64,000 nt of DNA from Treponema sp. (GTDB lineage: Bacteria > Spirochaetota > Spirochaetia > Treponematales > Treponemataceae). The DNA is taken from contig JAFLSR010000011.1 in NCBI GenBank assembly GCA_022510845.1, positions 2,128 to 66,127 on the forward strand. The letters are read 5' to 3'. The position numbers and the translations under genes were made by a program. Below are positions 1 to 9,172 of this stretch, in pieces (within the stretch, counting starts at the first letter, position 1; each line of letters starts with the position of its first letter). The notes beneath the pieces were generated by a model. It was not told the DNA's origin and did no database searches. It was given only the letters and a program-made list of their open reading frames with translations.

Positions 1-91
1 TCTGCCGCGCTTTCTTCTTTGGACGAAGCGGATGTGGAAAAAATCATTTCGGCACGAGATTTTTTACCGTTTATAAAGTCGAGGTTGCGAA

Positions 92-892
92 ATGGAACAG
101 GAGCGAAATGAGATTCAGGACGCGCAAGAAAATCTGCCAGGCAAAAAAACGAAAAGTTATTCCGCAGGAAAATTCGAAGGGCCGCTCGATTTGCTTTGGA
201 CTCTCATCCGCGACAGCAAAATCAACATATACGACATTCCCATCGCGCAAATCACCGACCAATACTTGGACTACCTCGACAGCATCGTTGACACGGATTT
301 GACCGACCTTTCCGAATTCTACAGCTGGGCATCCAAACTGGTCTACATAAAAAGCAGGATGCTTTTGCCGGTGGAAATCGCCTACGATGACGACGACATC
401 GAAGACCCGCGTCAGGAATTGGTGGACCATCTAATCGAATACCAGAAATTCAAGCGGCTTTCGGAACTGATGGAAGAGCAGGAAGACGATTCCGACTATG
501 TTTTCGAGCGCAAGAAAATCCAGCGGATGCTTCCGTTCGATGACGCGGAGTCGCAGTGGGAGCGCGTGGACACTTGGGAACTTTTGCAGCAGATGCAGAA
601 AATTTTCCGCAACATGATTGGCAAATATTCCAACGAAAAAATCCTCAATATGTACGAAGAAGTTTCGGTGAACGAAAAGATTACGCTGATGAACGAAAAA
701 CTCGAAGAATCGGGCGAATGTATGTTCACGGATTTGATTACGCGGCGCGGAAACAAGATGGACATAGTTTGCGCTTTCATGGCGATTTTGGAAGCCGCGA
801 AATTCAAGATGGCGATGATTTACCAAAGCCGTCTTTTCGGCGACATAAAAATCTGCAAAGTCAAAAACGACGGCGAAAAGGTAGTGGCATAG
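92..892 (+). CDS. scpA: Segregation and condensation protein A
   Basis: N-terminal FEGPLDLLWTLIRDSKINIYDIPIAQIT motif and DPRQELV motif; scpB lies downstream. Confidence 0.93.
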   Translation: MEQERNEIQDAQENLPGKKTKSYSAGKFEGPLDLLWTLIRDSKINIYDIPIAQITDQYLDYLDSIVDTDLTDLSEFYSWASKLVYIKSRMLLPVEIAYDDDDIEDPRQELVDHLIEYQKFKRLSELMEEQEDDSDYVFERKKIQRMLPFDDAESQWERVDTWELLQQMQKIFRNMIGKYSNEKILNMYEEVSVNEKITLMNEKLEESGECMFTDLITRRGNKMDIVCAFMAILEAAKFKMAMIYQSRLFGDIKICKVKNDGEKVVA

Positions 893-939
893 CGCGCCGC
901 GAGTTTTTCGCGCACGCATTTGGCTTGTGCGAAAGGTGC

Positions 940-976
940 GGCGGTAATTTTCAAAATGGTTTTGAAAACTGCCGCC
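940..976. terminator. Hairpin between convergent scpA and HNH gene (possible bidirectional terminator)
   Basis: GGCGGTA.TTTTCAAAA-tgg-TTTTGAAAA.TGCCGCC inverted repeat; no strong U-tract. Confidence 0.45.
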
Positions 977-984
977 GTCTGTGT

Positions 985-1488
985 TCAATGGTTTAGTTGG
1001 TTGTGCTGTTCTTTTGTCAGGTAAATCAAGTTTCCCACGCTGTTGTCGTAACCGTTGTTCGTAATGTGATGAATTTGATATTCCCCTGAATCGGGCTTTT
1101 CGAGGAAGGTTTCCGCGACCATTTGATAGACGAGCATTTTTGGAAGTTCCGCATTGTCCAAAACAAGGTAGCCCACTTCTTTGCCTTTTTCTTCGCTGTC
1201 TTTTTGCGGAATGATTTCTTTGTTGTAGCTGTAACGAACTCGCCCGTATGAACTCACTTCGAGCCCTTCGGTTTTGCCGGCTTTATAGGACTTCCAAATT
1301 TCGCCTTTCAATTCAGGTTCAAGGCAAAGGCTACCAAATTCTTTTGACTGCTCAATTCGTCTTGCGATTTCCGCGTTTTCCTTGTCCAATTTTCCGTTTG
1401 CTTTCAGGCGATTTTGATTCAAGTCCAAGATGTTTTGCAACCGCTCTTTCCATTCCGCGAATTCGATTTCTGTCAAAAAACTTTTCAA
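985..1488 (-). CDS. NUMOD4-motif HNH endonuclease family protein
   Basis: EIWK...LEVSSYGRVR (NUMOD4-like) then MVAETF...IHHITNNGYDNSVGNL (HNH_3-like); TTG start with AGGAG upstream. Confidence 0.8.
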   Translation of the reverse strand: MKSFLTEIEFAEWKERLQNILDLNQNRLKANGKLDKENAEIARRIEQSKEFGSLCLEPELKGEIWKSYKAGKTEGLEVSSYGRVRYSYNKEIIPQKDSEEKGKEVGYLVLDNAELPKMLVYQMVAETFLEKPDSGEYQIHHITNNGYDNSVGNLIYLTKEQHNQLNH

Positions 1489-1510
1489 TTTGCTTCTCCT
1501 TTTGATTTGT

Positions 1511-2443
1511 TTATTCTATAAGTCCAATTACTACAGGCGTGTGCAACGGTGCTTTTCCGCCGACAATGACGACAGATAGCGAAATTTCTATTGTTTTTCC
1601 CAAAAATATTGTTGAACTAGACTCAACTACCTCACCTTTAACCTTTTGGTTTATATAGCTAACGCTGACTGGGGAGCTTTGAGACGAAAATAAAAATCCG
1701 TCTGCTTGTTCAATGGAAGCCATGTTTCCGCTATGTTTTACTACAAAGCCTGGAATGTAATATGCGTGTCCTTCTTCCAATGCGCCACCTGAAAATAGTT
1801 TTTGGTTTCTTCTTGCTTCGGCGGTACCGTGGTATACATATCCCTTTGCAATTTCTTTTGCCTTCGCATCAATTTCGGCATTTCTTTGCGCTTCTTTTTT
1901 TGCCTTTTCTTCAGCTACCAGTCGTTGTCTTTCGGCTGCTTCTGCGGCGCGTTTTTCACCAATAAGTTTTTTATATTCCTCTGATATGCCAAGATTTAAT
2001 CTAACTCCGCCTAGTATTAATACTGAAAGAGTAAGTGAGTTTTCTGGTACTTCAGCTTCCACCGCATAGTGCGTGTATGTGTTGCTGTCACCATATAAAC
2101 TGACGGAGTTTCGTTGTGTTATTTCATAAAGTTGATATTGTCCCAATTTTTCCCATCCGCCCTTTCTTTTTTTCCATCCGTAAACCGCAATCGAAGAAGA
2201 TTTAAACATTTCTTCAAAATCAAAACTTATTCCGCGGTCAAAGCTAAGAGAAATAGGAGCAGTTTCGCTTTTATCATACTTGCATTGATAGACACTCGCA
2301 TTCGGATTTTCTGATTTGAAAGGCGTGTATTCGACAGAATTTTTAGGTTTTGCCCATAAATTCGTTGATGTAATCAACATTATGACAATCGCAATACCGA
2401 AAATACGCGATATGAACTTTGTATTTATTTTATGCTTTCCCAT
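1511..2443 (-). CDS. Hypothetical exported protein (signal peptide, central coiled coil), visibly AT-richer than flanks
   Basis: ATG at 2443 preceded by AAGGAG; basic N-terminus + hydrophobic stretch (FGIAIVIMLITSTNLWA); Ala/Glu/Lys helix AAEAAERQRLVAEEKAKK. Confidence 0.75.
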   Translation of the reverse strand: MGKHKINTKFISRIFGIAIVIMLITSTNLWAKPKNSVEYTPFKSENPNASVYQCKYDKSETAPISLSFDRGISFDFEEMFKSSSIAVYGWKKRKGGWEKLGQYQLYEITQRNSVSLYGDSNTYTHYAVEAEVPENSLTLSVLILGGVRLNLGISEEYKKLIGEKRAAEAAERQRLVAEEKAKKEAQRNAEIDAKAKEIAKGYVYHGTAEARRNQKLFSGGALEEGHAYYIPGFVVKHSGNMASIEQADGFLFSSQSSPVSVSYINQKVKGEVVESSSTIFLGKTIEISLSVVIVGGKAPLHTPVVIGLIE

Positions 2444-2454
2444 AACACACTCCT

Positions 2455-2709
2455 TCAATTTATTTTACATTCCTGCGAATGCAATTTCCAATGAAAATAT
2501 TTAAAACAAAGCGAGTGTTCCAAAACATTGATACTCTTGCTTTGTAGCGCAAAGCCATTGTGAGAAATTGAATTGTCTTTTAGAATTTTTACATAAGATG
2601 GATGACGGTGTTTTTGCTTGGCTGATGCTGTTAGAACGATGAATTCGCAATGTCGATTGGGGGGGGGTAGAAGCACTTGTGTTTTTTGTGAATTCTTGTG
2701 CATCTTCAT
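2455..2709 (-). CDS. Putative 84-aa leader ORF containing a C9 homopolymer (PPP)
   Basis: ATG 9 nt after a perfect sigma70 -10; open frame to TGA at 2455, overlapping the RBS region of the next gene; no recognisable domain. Confidence 0.35.
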   Translation of the reverse strand: MKMHKNSQKTQVLLPPPNRHCEFIVLTASAKQKHRHPSYVKILKDNSISHNGFALQSKSINVLEHSLCFKYFHWKLHSQECKIN

Positions 2710-2718
2710 ATATTGCGG

Positions 2719-2747
2719 ATTATAGCGAAGTACGGAGCATTTGTCAA
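2719..2747 (-). promoter_or_regulatory. Consensus sigma70 promoter driving the antisense cassette
   Basis: Minus strand TTGACA (2747-2742) - 17 nt - TATAAT (2724-2719). Confidence 0.8.
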
Positions 2748-2881
2748 TATCAATCTGAGTGGTTTTTGGCTCTAGGAAGAACTTGCGGGGGCTGGAAAAA
2801 ATAAAACTCCGTTTTTCTAAATAATGCCGCCCTTTCCATTCCTCGAATCCTTTTTCCGCTACGCCACGCCTTTCCCGCCCC

Positions 2882-2910
2882 TTGTAATTTATTGAATCTT
2901 GTGCTATTCT
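2882..2910 (+). promoter_or_regulatory. Possible sigma70 promoter for scpB-rluB-cmk-rpsA
   Basis: TTGTAA - 17 nt - TATTCT with extended TG at 2902-2903. Confidence 0.4.
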
Positions 2911-3003
2911 GACTTCGTATATTCCTGCGCTTTTGCCCTGTCGCGAAATCGCATTCTTTTTTCGGGAACTGGGTTTCCTGCAACACTGAAAATTTGTCGG
3001 AGA

Positions 3004-3558
3004 ATGTTTATGGCGGAAGTCTCTTTCGAATCCGAAGCGGCGTTGGTGGAGGCGGTTTTGTTTTTGGAAAGCGAGCCGCTCGCCGAAAAATCCATCGCGA
3101 ACATTTCGGAACTTTCCGAGGACGTGGTGAAAAAAAGCCTCGAAGTTCTGAAACAAAAATATGGGGAAAAAAATTCCGGGCTTGAACTCGTGATGATTGC
3201 GGGCGGCTGGGCGCTCACTCCCAAGAAAAAAATTTGGAACGTCCTCAAAGAACGCTACGGAAGCAAAACCGAAGGCCGCCTTTCGCGCTCGGCGATGGAA
3301 ACGCTTTCAATCATCGCGTACAGTCAGCCGATTACCCGCGCGGAAATCGAAGAAATCCGGGGCGTGAGCGCGGACAATATGATTCGCCTTTTGAGCGAGC
3401 GCAATTTGATAAAGGAAGTTGGAAAAAAGGACGTGCCCGGAAAGCCCGTGCAATTCGGCACGACTAAGGAATTCCTGAAATTTTTCCGGTTGAATTCCAT
3501 CGCGGATTTGCCGCGCCTCGAAGAAGAGGAAGCCGAGAGGTTCGAGCTTGCGAGATAG
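3004..3558 (+). CDS. scpB: SMC-Scp complex subunit ScpB
   Basis: ALVEAVLF, RLSRSAMETLSIIAYSQPITRAEIEEIRGV and PGKPVQFGTTKEFL motifs; start trimmed to ATG 3004 (3010 also possible). Confidence 0.95.
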   Translation: MFMAEVSFESEAALVEAVLFLESEPLAEKSIANISELSEDVVKKSLEVLKQKYGEKNSGLELVMIAGGWALTPKKKIWNVLKERYGSKTEGRLSRSAMETLSIIAYSQPITRAEIEEIRGVSADNMIRLLSERNLIKEVGKKDVPGKPVQFGTTKEFLKFFRLNSIADLPRLEEEEAERFELAR

Positions 3559-4327
3559 GATTTCTTTTCAAAGGTCGGAACTGCAGCGCGGCGAAAATTC
3601 TTTCAGTTCGGAAGAACGCTTGCAGGCGTTCTTGGCGCACGCGGGAATCGCAAGCCGCAGGGCTTCGGAAAAACTAATCTTGGAAGGCCGCGTCACGGTG
3701 AACGGCGAAGTCGTTACCGTGCTTGGAACGAAGGTGGGGCGGGGCGACAAGGTTTGCGTTGACGGCGTTCCCGTTTCCGCTTCGGAAGAAAAACGCTACG
3801 TCCTCCTCAATAAGCCGCAGGGCTATGTCTGCTCGATGAGCGATGAGAAAGGACGCCCCACCGCCGCCGATTTGATTCGCAGGAAGTACAGCGAGCGGCT
3901 CTACAATGTCGGCAGGCTTGACATGTATTCTGCGGGGCTTATAATTTTTACGAACGACGGCGATTTTGCAAAAACAATTTCGCATCCCTCCGCGCAAATC
4001 GAAAAGGAATACATCGTCGATACGAGCCTTCCCATTCCGCGCGGGCTTTGCGAAGACTTCGTTCGCGGCGTGAGGATTGAAAACGTCTTCTACAAGGCGG
4101 TGCGCGCGCGTGAACTCAATTCGCACAGGATGGCTGTCGTCCTCACCGAAGGCAAGAACCGCGAAATCCGCCGCATTTTCGAAGCCGCCGAAATCGGCAT
4201 AAAACGCCTCACGCGCGTGCGCATCGGCAACATCAACATCAACGATATGGCAGTGGGCGAAATGCGCGAACTTTACGAATACGAAGTGGGCGAACTTTTG
4301 GCACTTGCACGGAATCGAGAATTCTGA
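3548..4327 (+). CDS. rluB: 23S rRNA pseudouridine synthase, RluB/RsuA family
   Basis: S4 domain (RLQAFLAHAGIASRR), LLNKPQG, catalytic VGRLD, EGKNREIRR. Confidence 0.9.
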   Translation: MRDRISFQRSELQRGENSFSSEERLQAFLAHAGIASRRASEKLILEGRVTVNGEVVTVLGTKVGRGDKVCVDGVPVSASEEKRYVLLNKPQGYVCSMSDEKGRPTAADLIRRKYSERLYNVGRLDMYSAGLIIFTNDGDFAKTISHPSAQIEKEYIVDTSLPIPRGLCEDFVRGVRIENVFYKAVRARELNSHRMAVVLTEGKNREIRRIFEAAEIGIKRLTRVRIGNININDMAVGEMRELYEYEVGELLALARNREF

Positions 4328-4366
4328 TAAAATTCTACTCTATCGTCCAAAACAAACGGAGTTTTT

Positions 4367-5002
4367 ATGGTAATCGCAATCGACGGCCCTGCCGGAACCG
4401 GCAAAAGCACAATCGCTTCGCTCATCGCAAAAAGGCTCGGCGTAACATATTTGAACAGCGGCTCTTTTTATCGCGCCATCACGCTCGCGCTTTTGGAAAA
4501 CAAAATCGATTTGGCGGACAAGGACGCGGTGCTTGATTTCGCGAAAAAGCAAAAATTGGACTACGAGAATTCGCGCCTGGTCTTGAACGGCGTTGACGTG
4601 GAGGACCGCCTTCACGAAGATTCCGTGAGCGCGAACGCGGCGCAGGTGAGCGCGATTCCGGAAATCCGCCATTTGGTGAACGAGCGTCTCCACGAAATCA
4701 CCGGGCATCTCGACATCGTTTGCGAAGGCCGCGACATGACCACGGTCGTTTTTCCTTCCGCGGAACACAAATTCTACCTTGACGCTTCGATTGACGCGCA
4801 AGCCGAACGCCGTTTCAAGCAGGGCGTGAGCAAACTTTCCTTGGAAGAAATAAAAGCCGCGATTTTAAAGCGTGACGAAATCGACAAGAACAAAAAAGAA
4901 GGCGCGCTAAAAATTGCGAAAGATGCGAAATATATTGACACAACTCACTTGACAATAGATGAAGTTTGTGAAATAATAATTGGCAAAATCAAAGGCATAT
5001 AG
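4367..5002 (+). CDS. cmk: Cytidylate kinase
   Basis: IAIDGPAGTGKST P-loop, LNSGSFYRA, EGRDMTTVVFP. Confidence 0.95.
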   Translation: MVIAIDGPAGTGKSTIASLIAKRLGVTYLNSGSFYRAITLALLENKIDLADKDAVLDFAKKQKLDYENSRLVLNGVDVEDRLHEDSVSANAAQVSAIPEIRHLVNERLHEITGHLDIVCEGRDMTTVVFPSAEHKFYLDASIDAQAERRFKQGVSKLSLEEIKAAILKRDEIDKNKKEGALKIAKDAKYIDTTHLTIDEVCEIIIGKIKGI

Positions 5003-5025
5003 ATGCCAAAATAAGGTGTGTGAAG

Positions 5026-6720
5026 ATGGAAGTGGAAAAGGAAGAGTCAAAAGATTCAATCCAGACACAATTAGAAGAGTCTCTCAATAACTTCAAGCAG
5101 CTTGAAGACGGTCAGCTCGTCGATGGCTCAGTTATTGACGTAACAAACGAGTTTGTTTTCCTTGACATCGGATACAAGTCCGAAGGAAAAATCCCCGTGT
5201 CGGAATTCGCTGGCAATTTGCCCAAGGCAGGCGACACGGTAACTGTTGTTCTTCTTAAAAAAGACGGTAGAAACGGACCAGAAGTTTCTAAGGCAAAGGC
5301 TGACGCGAAGCAGGTTTGGAAAGTCGTGCGCAAGGCGTTCGACGAAAAGACTCCTGTCGAAGGCACAATCGAAAAGTCCGTAAAGGGCGGCTTCGATGTC
5401 TTGCTCGGCGGCGACCTCCATGCGTTCTTGCCAATCAGCCAGTCCGATTGCCAGAAAGTGGAAAATCCCGAAAGCCTTTTGGGAGTCAAAGGCAAATTTT
5501 ACATAGAGCGGCTTTATTCTGACAACAAGGCGAACATCGTGGTGAACCGCCGCAAATATCTCGAAGAGCAGACGAGCAGCGCGCGCGAGAAATTCTTCGC
5601 GGAAACGCAAATCGGCGACACCGTGAAAGGCGTTGTCAAGACGTTCACGAGTTTCGGCTCGTTCATCGACTTGGGCGGCTTCGACGGGCTTCTTCATATA
5701 AACGACATGAGTTGGGGACACGTCACGCGCCCCAAGGATTTCGTCAAAAAGGGCCAGGAAATCGAACTCAAAGTTATCCGCATGGATCCCGAAGAAAAGC
5801 GAATCAATCTTTCGCTCAAGCATTTTACCGAAGACCCATGGGTGCACTTCGAGGAAAAATACCATGTCGGCGACATCGTTGACGGAAAGGTGACCAAACT
5901 CACTGATTTCGGCGCGTTCATCGAACTTGAAGAAGGCATCGAAGGCTTGGCGCATATCAGCGAATTCAGTTGGACGAAAAAAGTGAGCAAAGCTTCCGAT
6001 GTCCTCAAAATCGGCGACGAAGTTAAGTGCGCCATTTTGGGCTACGACATTCAGGCGGGGCGCGTTTCGCTCGGACTCAAGCAGGCGGCGGAAAACCCGT
6101 GGAATTCCATCGCGCAAAAATATCCTGTTGGAACAAAGGTTCACGGAAAGGTCGTCAAAATCACGAATTCCGGAGCCTTCGTCGAAATCGAGGACGGCAT
6201 AGACGGCTTCTTGCACGGCGATGACATTTCTTGGACGAAAAAAGTAAAGCATCCGGGAAGCGAACTGAAGGTTGACCAGGAAATCGATGTCGTGGTCATC
6301 GAAAGCGATCCCGAAGCGCATCGAATCAAGGTCGGAATCAAGCAGCTCACCGAAGATCCGTGGCAGAAATTCGCGGAGCAGTACAAATCCGGCAGCACGC
6401 TCGAAGGCGAAATCACTTCGATTACAGATTTCGGCGTGTTCGTAAAGACACCGCTCGGCATTGAAGGGCTTATCAACAAGTCCAACTTGAGCGAAGACCG
6501 CGATACGCCGTTTGAAGAAGCCGTAAAAGCATACAAAGTCGGCGACAAAATCAATGTGTATGTCGTGGATGTGAAAAAGGACAAAGAGCAAGTGGCCTTT
6601 TCCGTTCGGGAATTAAAGAAAAAACAGCAGCGCGATGAAATTTCTCAGTATATGACTTCGGCGGCTGGAGACGGAGACGGCGCGTACACTTTGGGCGACG
6701 CGCTCAACGCGAAAAAATAA
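5026..6720 (+). CDS. rpsA: 30S ribosomal protein S1
   Basis: Six S1 repeats (FGSFIDLGGFDGLLHINDMSW, FGAFIELEEGIEGLAHISEFSW); follows cmk. Confidence 0.97.
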   Translation: MEVEKEESKDSIQTQLEESLNNFKQLEDGQLVDGSVIDVTNEFVFLDIGYKSEGKIPVSEFAGNLPKAGDTVTVVLLKKDGRNGPEVSKAKADAKQVWKVVRKAFDEKTPVEGTIEKSVKGGFDVLLGGDLHAFLPISQSDCQKVENPESLLGVKGKFYIERLYSDNKANIVVNRRKYLEEQTSSAREKFFAETQIGDTVKGVVKTFTSFGSFIDLGGFDGLLHINDMSWGHVTRPKDFVKKGQEIELKVIRMDPEEKRINLSLKHFTEDPWVHFEEKYHVGDIVDGKVTKLTDFGAFIELEEGIEGLAHISEFSWTKKVSKASDVLKIGDEVKCAILGYDIQAGRVSLGLKQAAENPWNSIAQKYPVGTKVHGKVVKITNSGAFVEIEDGIDGFLHGDDISWTKKVKHPGSELKVDQEIDVVVIESDPEAHRIKVGIKQLTEDPWQKFAEQYKSGSTLEGEITSITDFGVFVKTPLGIEGLINKSNLSEDRDTPFEEAVKAYKVGDKINVYVVDVKKDKEQVAFSVRELKKKQQRDEISQYMTSAAGDGDGAYTLGDALNAKK

Positions 6721-6726
6721 TTTTCG

Positions 6727-7410
6727 ATGGAACGGGGATTTGTTTCAAAAAGCGCGCTTCTTTCCGACTTGCTGAAAATCGTGGAAGTGGCGGCGAACAC
6801 CGCTTCTGCGGTTCTTTTGGCAGGAGAAGGCGCGCGTGAAAAAGAATTTTTTGCGCGGATGCTTCATTTTGACGGGGCGCGGCGCGAAAAACCTTTTGTG
6901 CGCGTGAATTGCGCGGCGAACGCGAATGCGCAGGAAGAAATTCTTGCGTCCGTTCGTAAAGCAGGCGACGGAACGATTTTCTTTGATGAGGTGGCGGCGT
7001 TTTCACAAGACGCGCAGTCGCTTTTGTTGCGCCTTGTTCAAAGTAAGGACGAGTGCGCGGCGAGAATCGTTGCTGCTAGTCGCATGAATCTTGAAGAGAT
7101 GGCGGCTTGCGGTCAGTTCAGCGGAGAACTGCTCTCTGCATTGAGTGCGGTTGTTCTGCGCGTGCCTGCTTTGGATTTCCGTCTTGACGCGAATGCGCTG
7201 GATGCGGATTTTCGCAACGATGAATTTCGTTTGATTTTTGAGAGCGAAGGTCATGTGCGTCTCAAAGATGCCGAAAATATTTTCAAGAGAAATTATCTTC
7301 GGAGCGTCCTTGAAACCACGCGCTACAATCAGACGAAGGCGGCGAGGATTTTGGAAATCCAGCGGACATACCTTTCGCGGCTTTTGGGAGAACTTGGAAT
7401 CCGCAACTGA
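6727..7410 (+). CDS. Degenerate sigma54-interaction (bEBP-like) domain protein with Fis-type HTH
   Basis: PFVRVNCAA, GTIFFDEV, RIVAAS and C-terminal YNQTKAARILEIQRTYL HTH; Walker A degenerate and GAFTGA loop absent. Confidence 0.75.
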   Translation: MERGFVSKSALLSDLLKIVEVAANTASAVLLAGEGAREKEFFARMLHFDGARREKPFVRVNCAANANAQEEILASVRKAGDGTIFFDEVAAFSQDAQSLLLRLVQSKDECAARIVAASRMNLEEMAACGQFSGELLSALSAVVLRVPALDFRLDANALDADFRNDEFRLIFESEGHVRLKDAENIFKRNYLRSVLETTRYNQTKAARILEIQRTYLSRLLGELGIRN

Positions 7411-7423
7411 AGGAAAATAGATT

Positions 7424-8128
7424 ATGGAGATTGTAAAGATGAACGCCGCTTTGAACGGCGAAACAAAATCTTCAAACTCGCAGAAATTGGGCGCGTTTTT
7501 GAGTAAAAACCGAATGGGCTTGCTCGTGTTTCTTTGCGTGCTTGTTGTGGGCGTTGTGGCTTACGCCGTGGCGTTCAGCATCCATTCCTCTTCTGTCAAA
7601 AAAAATCTTGATGTAGTGGAAATGATAGAATTTTCGCTGATGAAAGATGCTGTGGAATTGGAAGAAAGCGTGATTGCTTCACGCCAGGAAACGGCACTTT
7701 CCAATCTTGAACCGTATCTCAAAAAAGGCGGAATCGTTGGCGCGCGCGCGGATATGCTTGCCGCCGACATCAGAATGCAGCGGAAAGAATGGGATGCTTC
7801 GCGCGAACTGTGGCTTTCTGCCGCGGCAAAGCGCAAAAAAACTTATCTTGCCCCCATCTGCAATTTCAACGCGGCGGTGTGTTCGGAAGAACTTGGGGAT
7901 GCGGAAGCGGCTTTGGAATACTATCTGCTTGCGGCAGAGGACGTAGGATTCGCGGTGAGAAGCCGCGCGTATTTTGAGGGAGGTCGCCTTAAGGAAACTT
8001 TGGGCGATTTTGAGGGTGCGGCATCTTTGTACGAGCAAATCGCTTCGCTTGAATATTCAAGCGATGTTTGGAATGATTTGGCGCAGACAAGGCTTATCGC
8101 GCTCAGAACCGAAGGAAAAATCCAATAA
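7424..8128 (+). CDS. Membrane-anchored TPR protein (YfgM-like)
   Basis: One N-terminal TM helix followed by TPR-like helices (RAYFEGGRLKETLGDFEGAASLYEQI). Confidence 0.7.
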   Translation: MEIVKMNAALNGETKSSNSQKLGAFLSKNRMGLLVFLCVLVVGVVAYAVAFSIHSSSVKKNLDVVEMIEFSLMKDAVELEESVIASRQETALSNLEPYLKKGGIVGARADMLAADIRMQRKEWDASRELWLSAAAKRKKTYLAPICNFNAAVCSEELGDAEAALEYYLLAAEDVGFAVRSRAYFEGGRLKETLGDFEGAASLYEQIASLEYSSDVWNDLAQTRLIALRTEGKIQ

Positions 8129-8130
8129 GC

Positions 8131-8931
8131 GTGAGGCGGAATCGTCTGGGCAGGGTGTCAGATAATTCTCGAAGTTTTCCCAATCTCTTCTTTTTTTGTT
8201 TCTGTGTCTTTGCTTTTTTCGCGCTGTTCGTTTTTTGCGGTTGCGGACTTGATACATACTATGTTTTGGACCAGGCTCCGCGAGTGGGGCGCATTGTAAA
8301 TTATAATGAAGTTGACCCCGCTGTGCGATATTTTGAATTCTATGCTGCACCAAACTCAAACGCGGGGAATTCCGAATTCGGTTTTTTGGGAACATTCGTC
8401 TACTACAAAATTTATTCTAATCCTTCCACGATGACTTCCAACCACAATTCCATTGAGGCGGTGAACAATTCTTCAAATTATTCTGCCGCCGCCGAGCGAA
8501 TGATAGGACTTGGCTATAAGGAATTGTATACAAGCAATGGTAGCAGAAGTCCGCTTGTTTCTGAGTCCGTTGGAACTGCGTATGTGCGCATACGCTTGAC
8601 GAATAACGATGAAAATGGACATGGTGACATTGGACATACCGCGCAGATTGAGATTGGTGGAGTTAATGTTGGAATTCCGCGTCGGTCACGTGGGCAGAGT
8701 TATTCGTTCGATTTCGGAAGAAACGGTAAGGCTGAATACAGTGGCAGAGGCATAAATTATGATTTGCCAATCAACGATGAAGATTTTTATGGTGGTTCAC
8801 CTAGCGATGGAAAATACTATGTTGATATGTACGCCGTGGCAGCAGGCCGCGACACGACTTTCGCTAAATATTACAGCAATGTCACTTATCTAGGCTCAAT
8901 TACGATTAACGCGAACGAGGAAAACAATTAG
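8131..8931 (+). CDS. Hypothetical lipoprotein
   Basis: Basic N-terminus, hydrophobic stretch, lipobox-like FCGC-GLDTY. Confidence 0.65.
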   Translation: MRRNRLGRVSDNSRSFPNLFFFCFCVFAFFALFVFCGCGLDTYYVLDQAPRVGRIVNYNEVDPAVRYFEFYAAPNSNAGNSEFGFLGTFVYYKIYSNPSTMTSNHNSIEAVNNSSNYSAAAERMIGLGYKELYTSNGSRSPLVSESVGTAYVRIRLTNNDENGHGDIGHTAQIEIGGVNVGIPRRSRGQSYSFDFGRNGKAEYSGRGINYDLPINDEDFYGGSPSDGKYYVDMYAVAAGRDTTFAKYYSNVTYLGSITINANEENN

Positions 8932-8958
8932 TTTTGTGCGCCGCGCTCGCGCGAGGGC

Positions 8959-8987
8959 TTGCACTTTTTTTTTGTTTATGATATAAT
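8959..8987 (+). promoter_or_regulatory. sigma70 promoter of tRNA-Pro
   Basis: TTGCAC - 17 nt - TATAAT with extended TG. Confidence 0.75.
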
Positions 8988-9000
8988 CCATTTCACTTTA

Positions 9001-9073
9001 CGGGATGTAGCGCAGCTGGTAGCGCGTCTGCTTTGGGAGCAGAATGTCGCAGGTTCAAATCCTGTCATCCCGA
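9001..9073 (+). tRNA. tRNA-Pro (TGG), CCA not encoded
   Basis: Acceptor CGGGATG/CATCCCG, D-loop AGCTGGTA, anticodon arm TCTGC-TTTGGGA-GCAGA, T-loop GGTTCAAATC. Confidence 0.96.
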
Positions 9074-9137
9074 GATTTCCGTTCTGCGATATAGAAGCCC
9101 TTGTCCGCGCGAAGTTTGCGTTCGCTTTTCGGACTAC

Positions 9138-9166
9138 TTGAACTTTTTGCGGAATTCGCGTATTAT
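9138..9166 (+). promoter_or_regulatory. sigma70 promoter, likely leaderless transcript of the membrane-protein gene
   Basis: TTGAAC - 17 nt - TATTAT, then 6 nt, then ATG 9173. Confidence 0.6.
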
Positions 9167-9172
9167 GGCGTT

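Noticed and set aside
2899-3003. Extended N-termini given by the ORF track for scpB, flgB, flgC, ybeY, mraZ, ftsA, ftsZ and rbfA
   Set aside because: Downstream starts with an RBS or promoter and family-typical N-termini fit better, so coordinates were trimmed.
9001-9100. tRNA-Pro or tRNA-Gly as island integration sites
   Set aside because: No adjacent integrase and no duplicated tRNA 3' end in the window. The absence of encoded CCA is ordinary.
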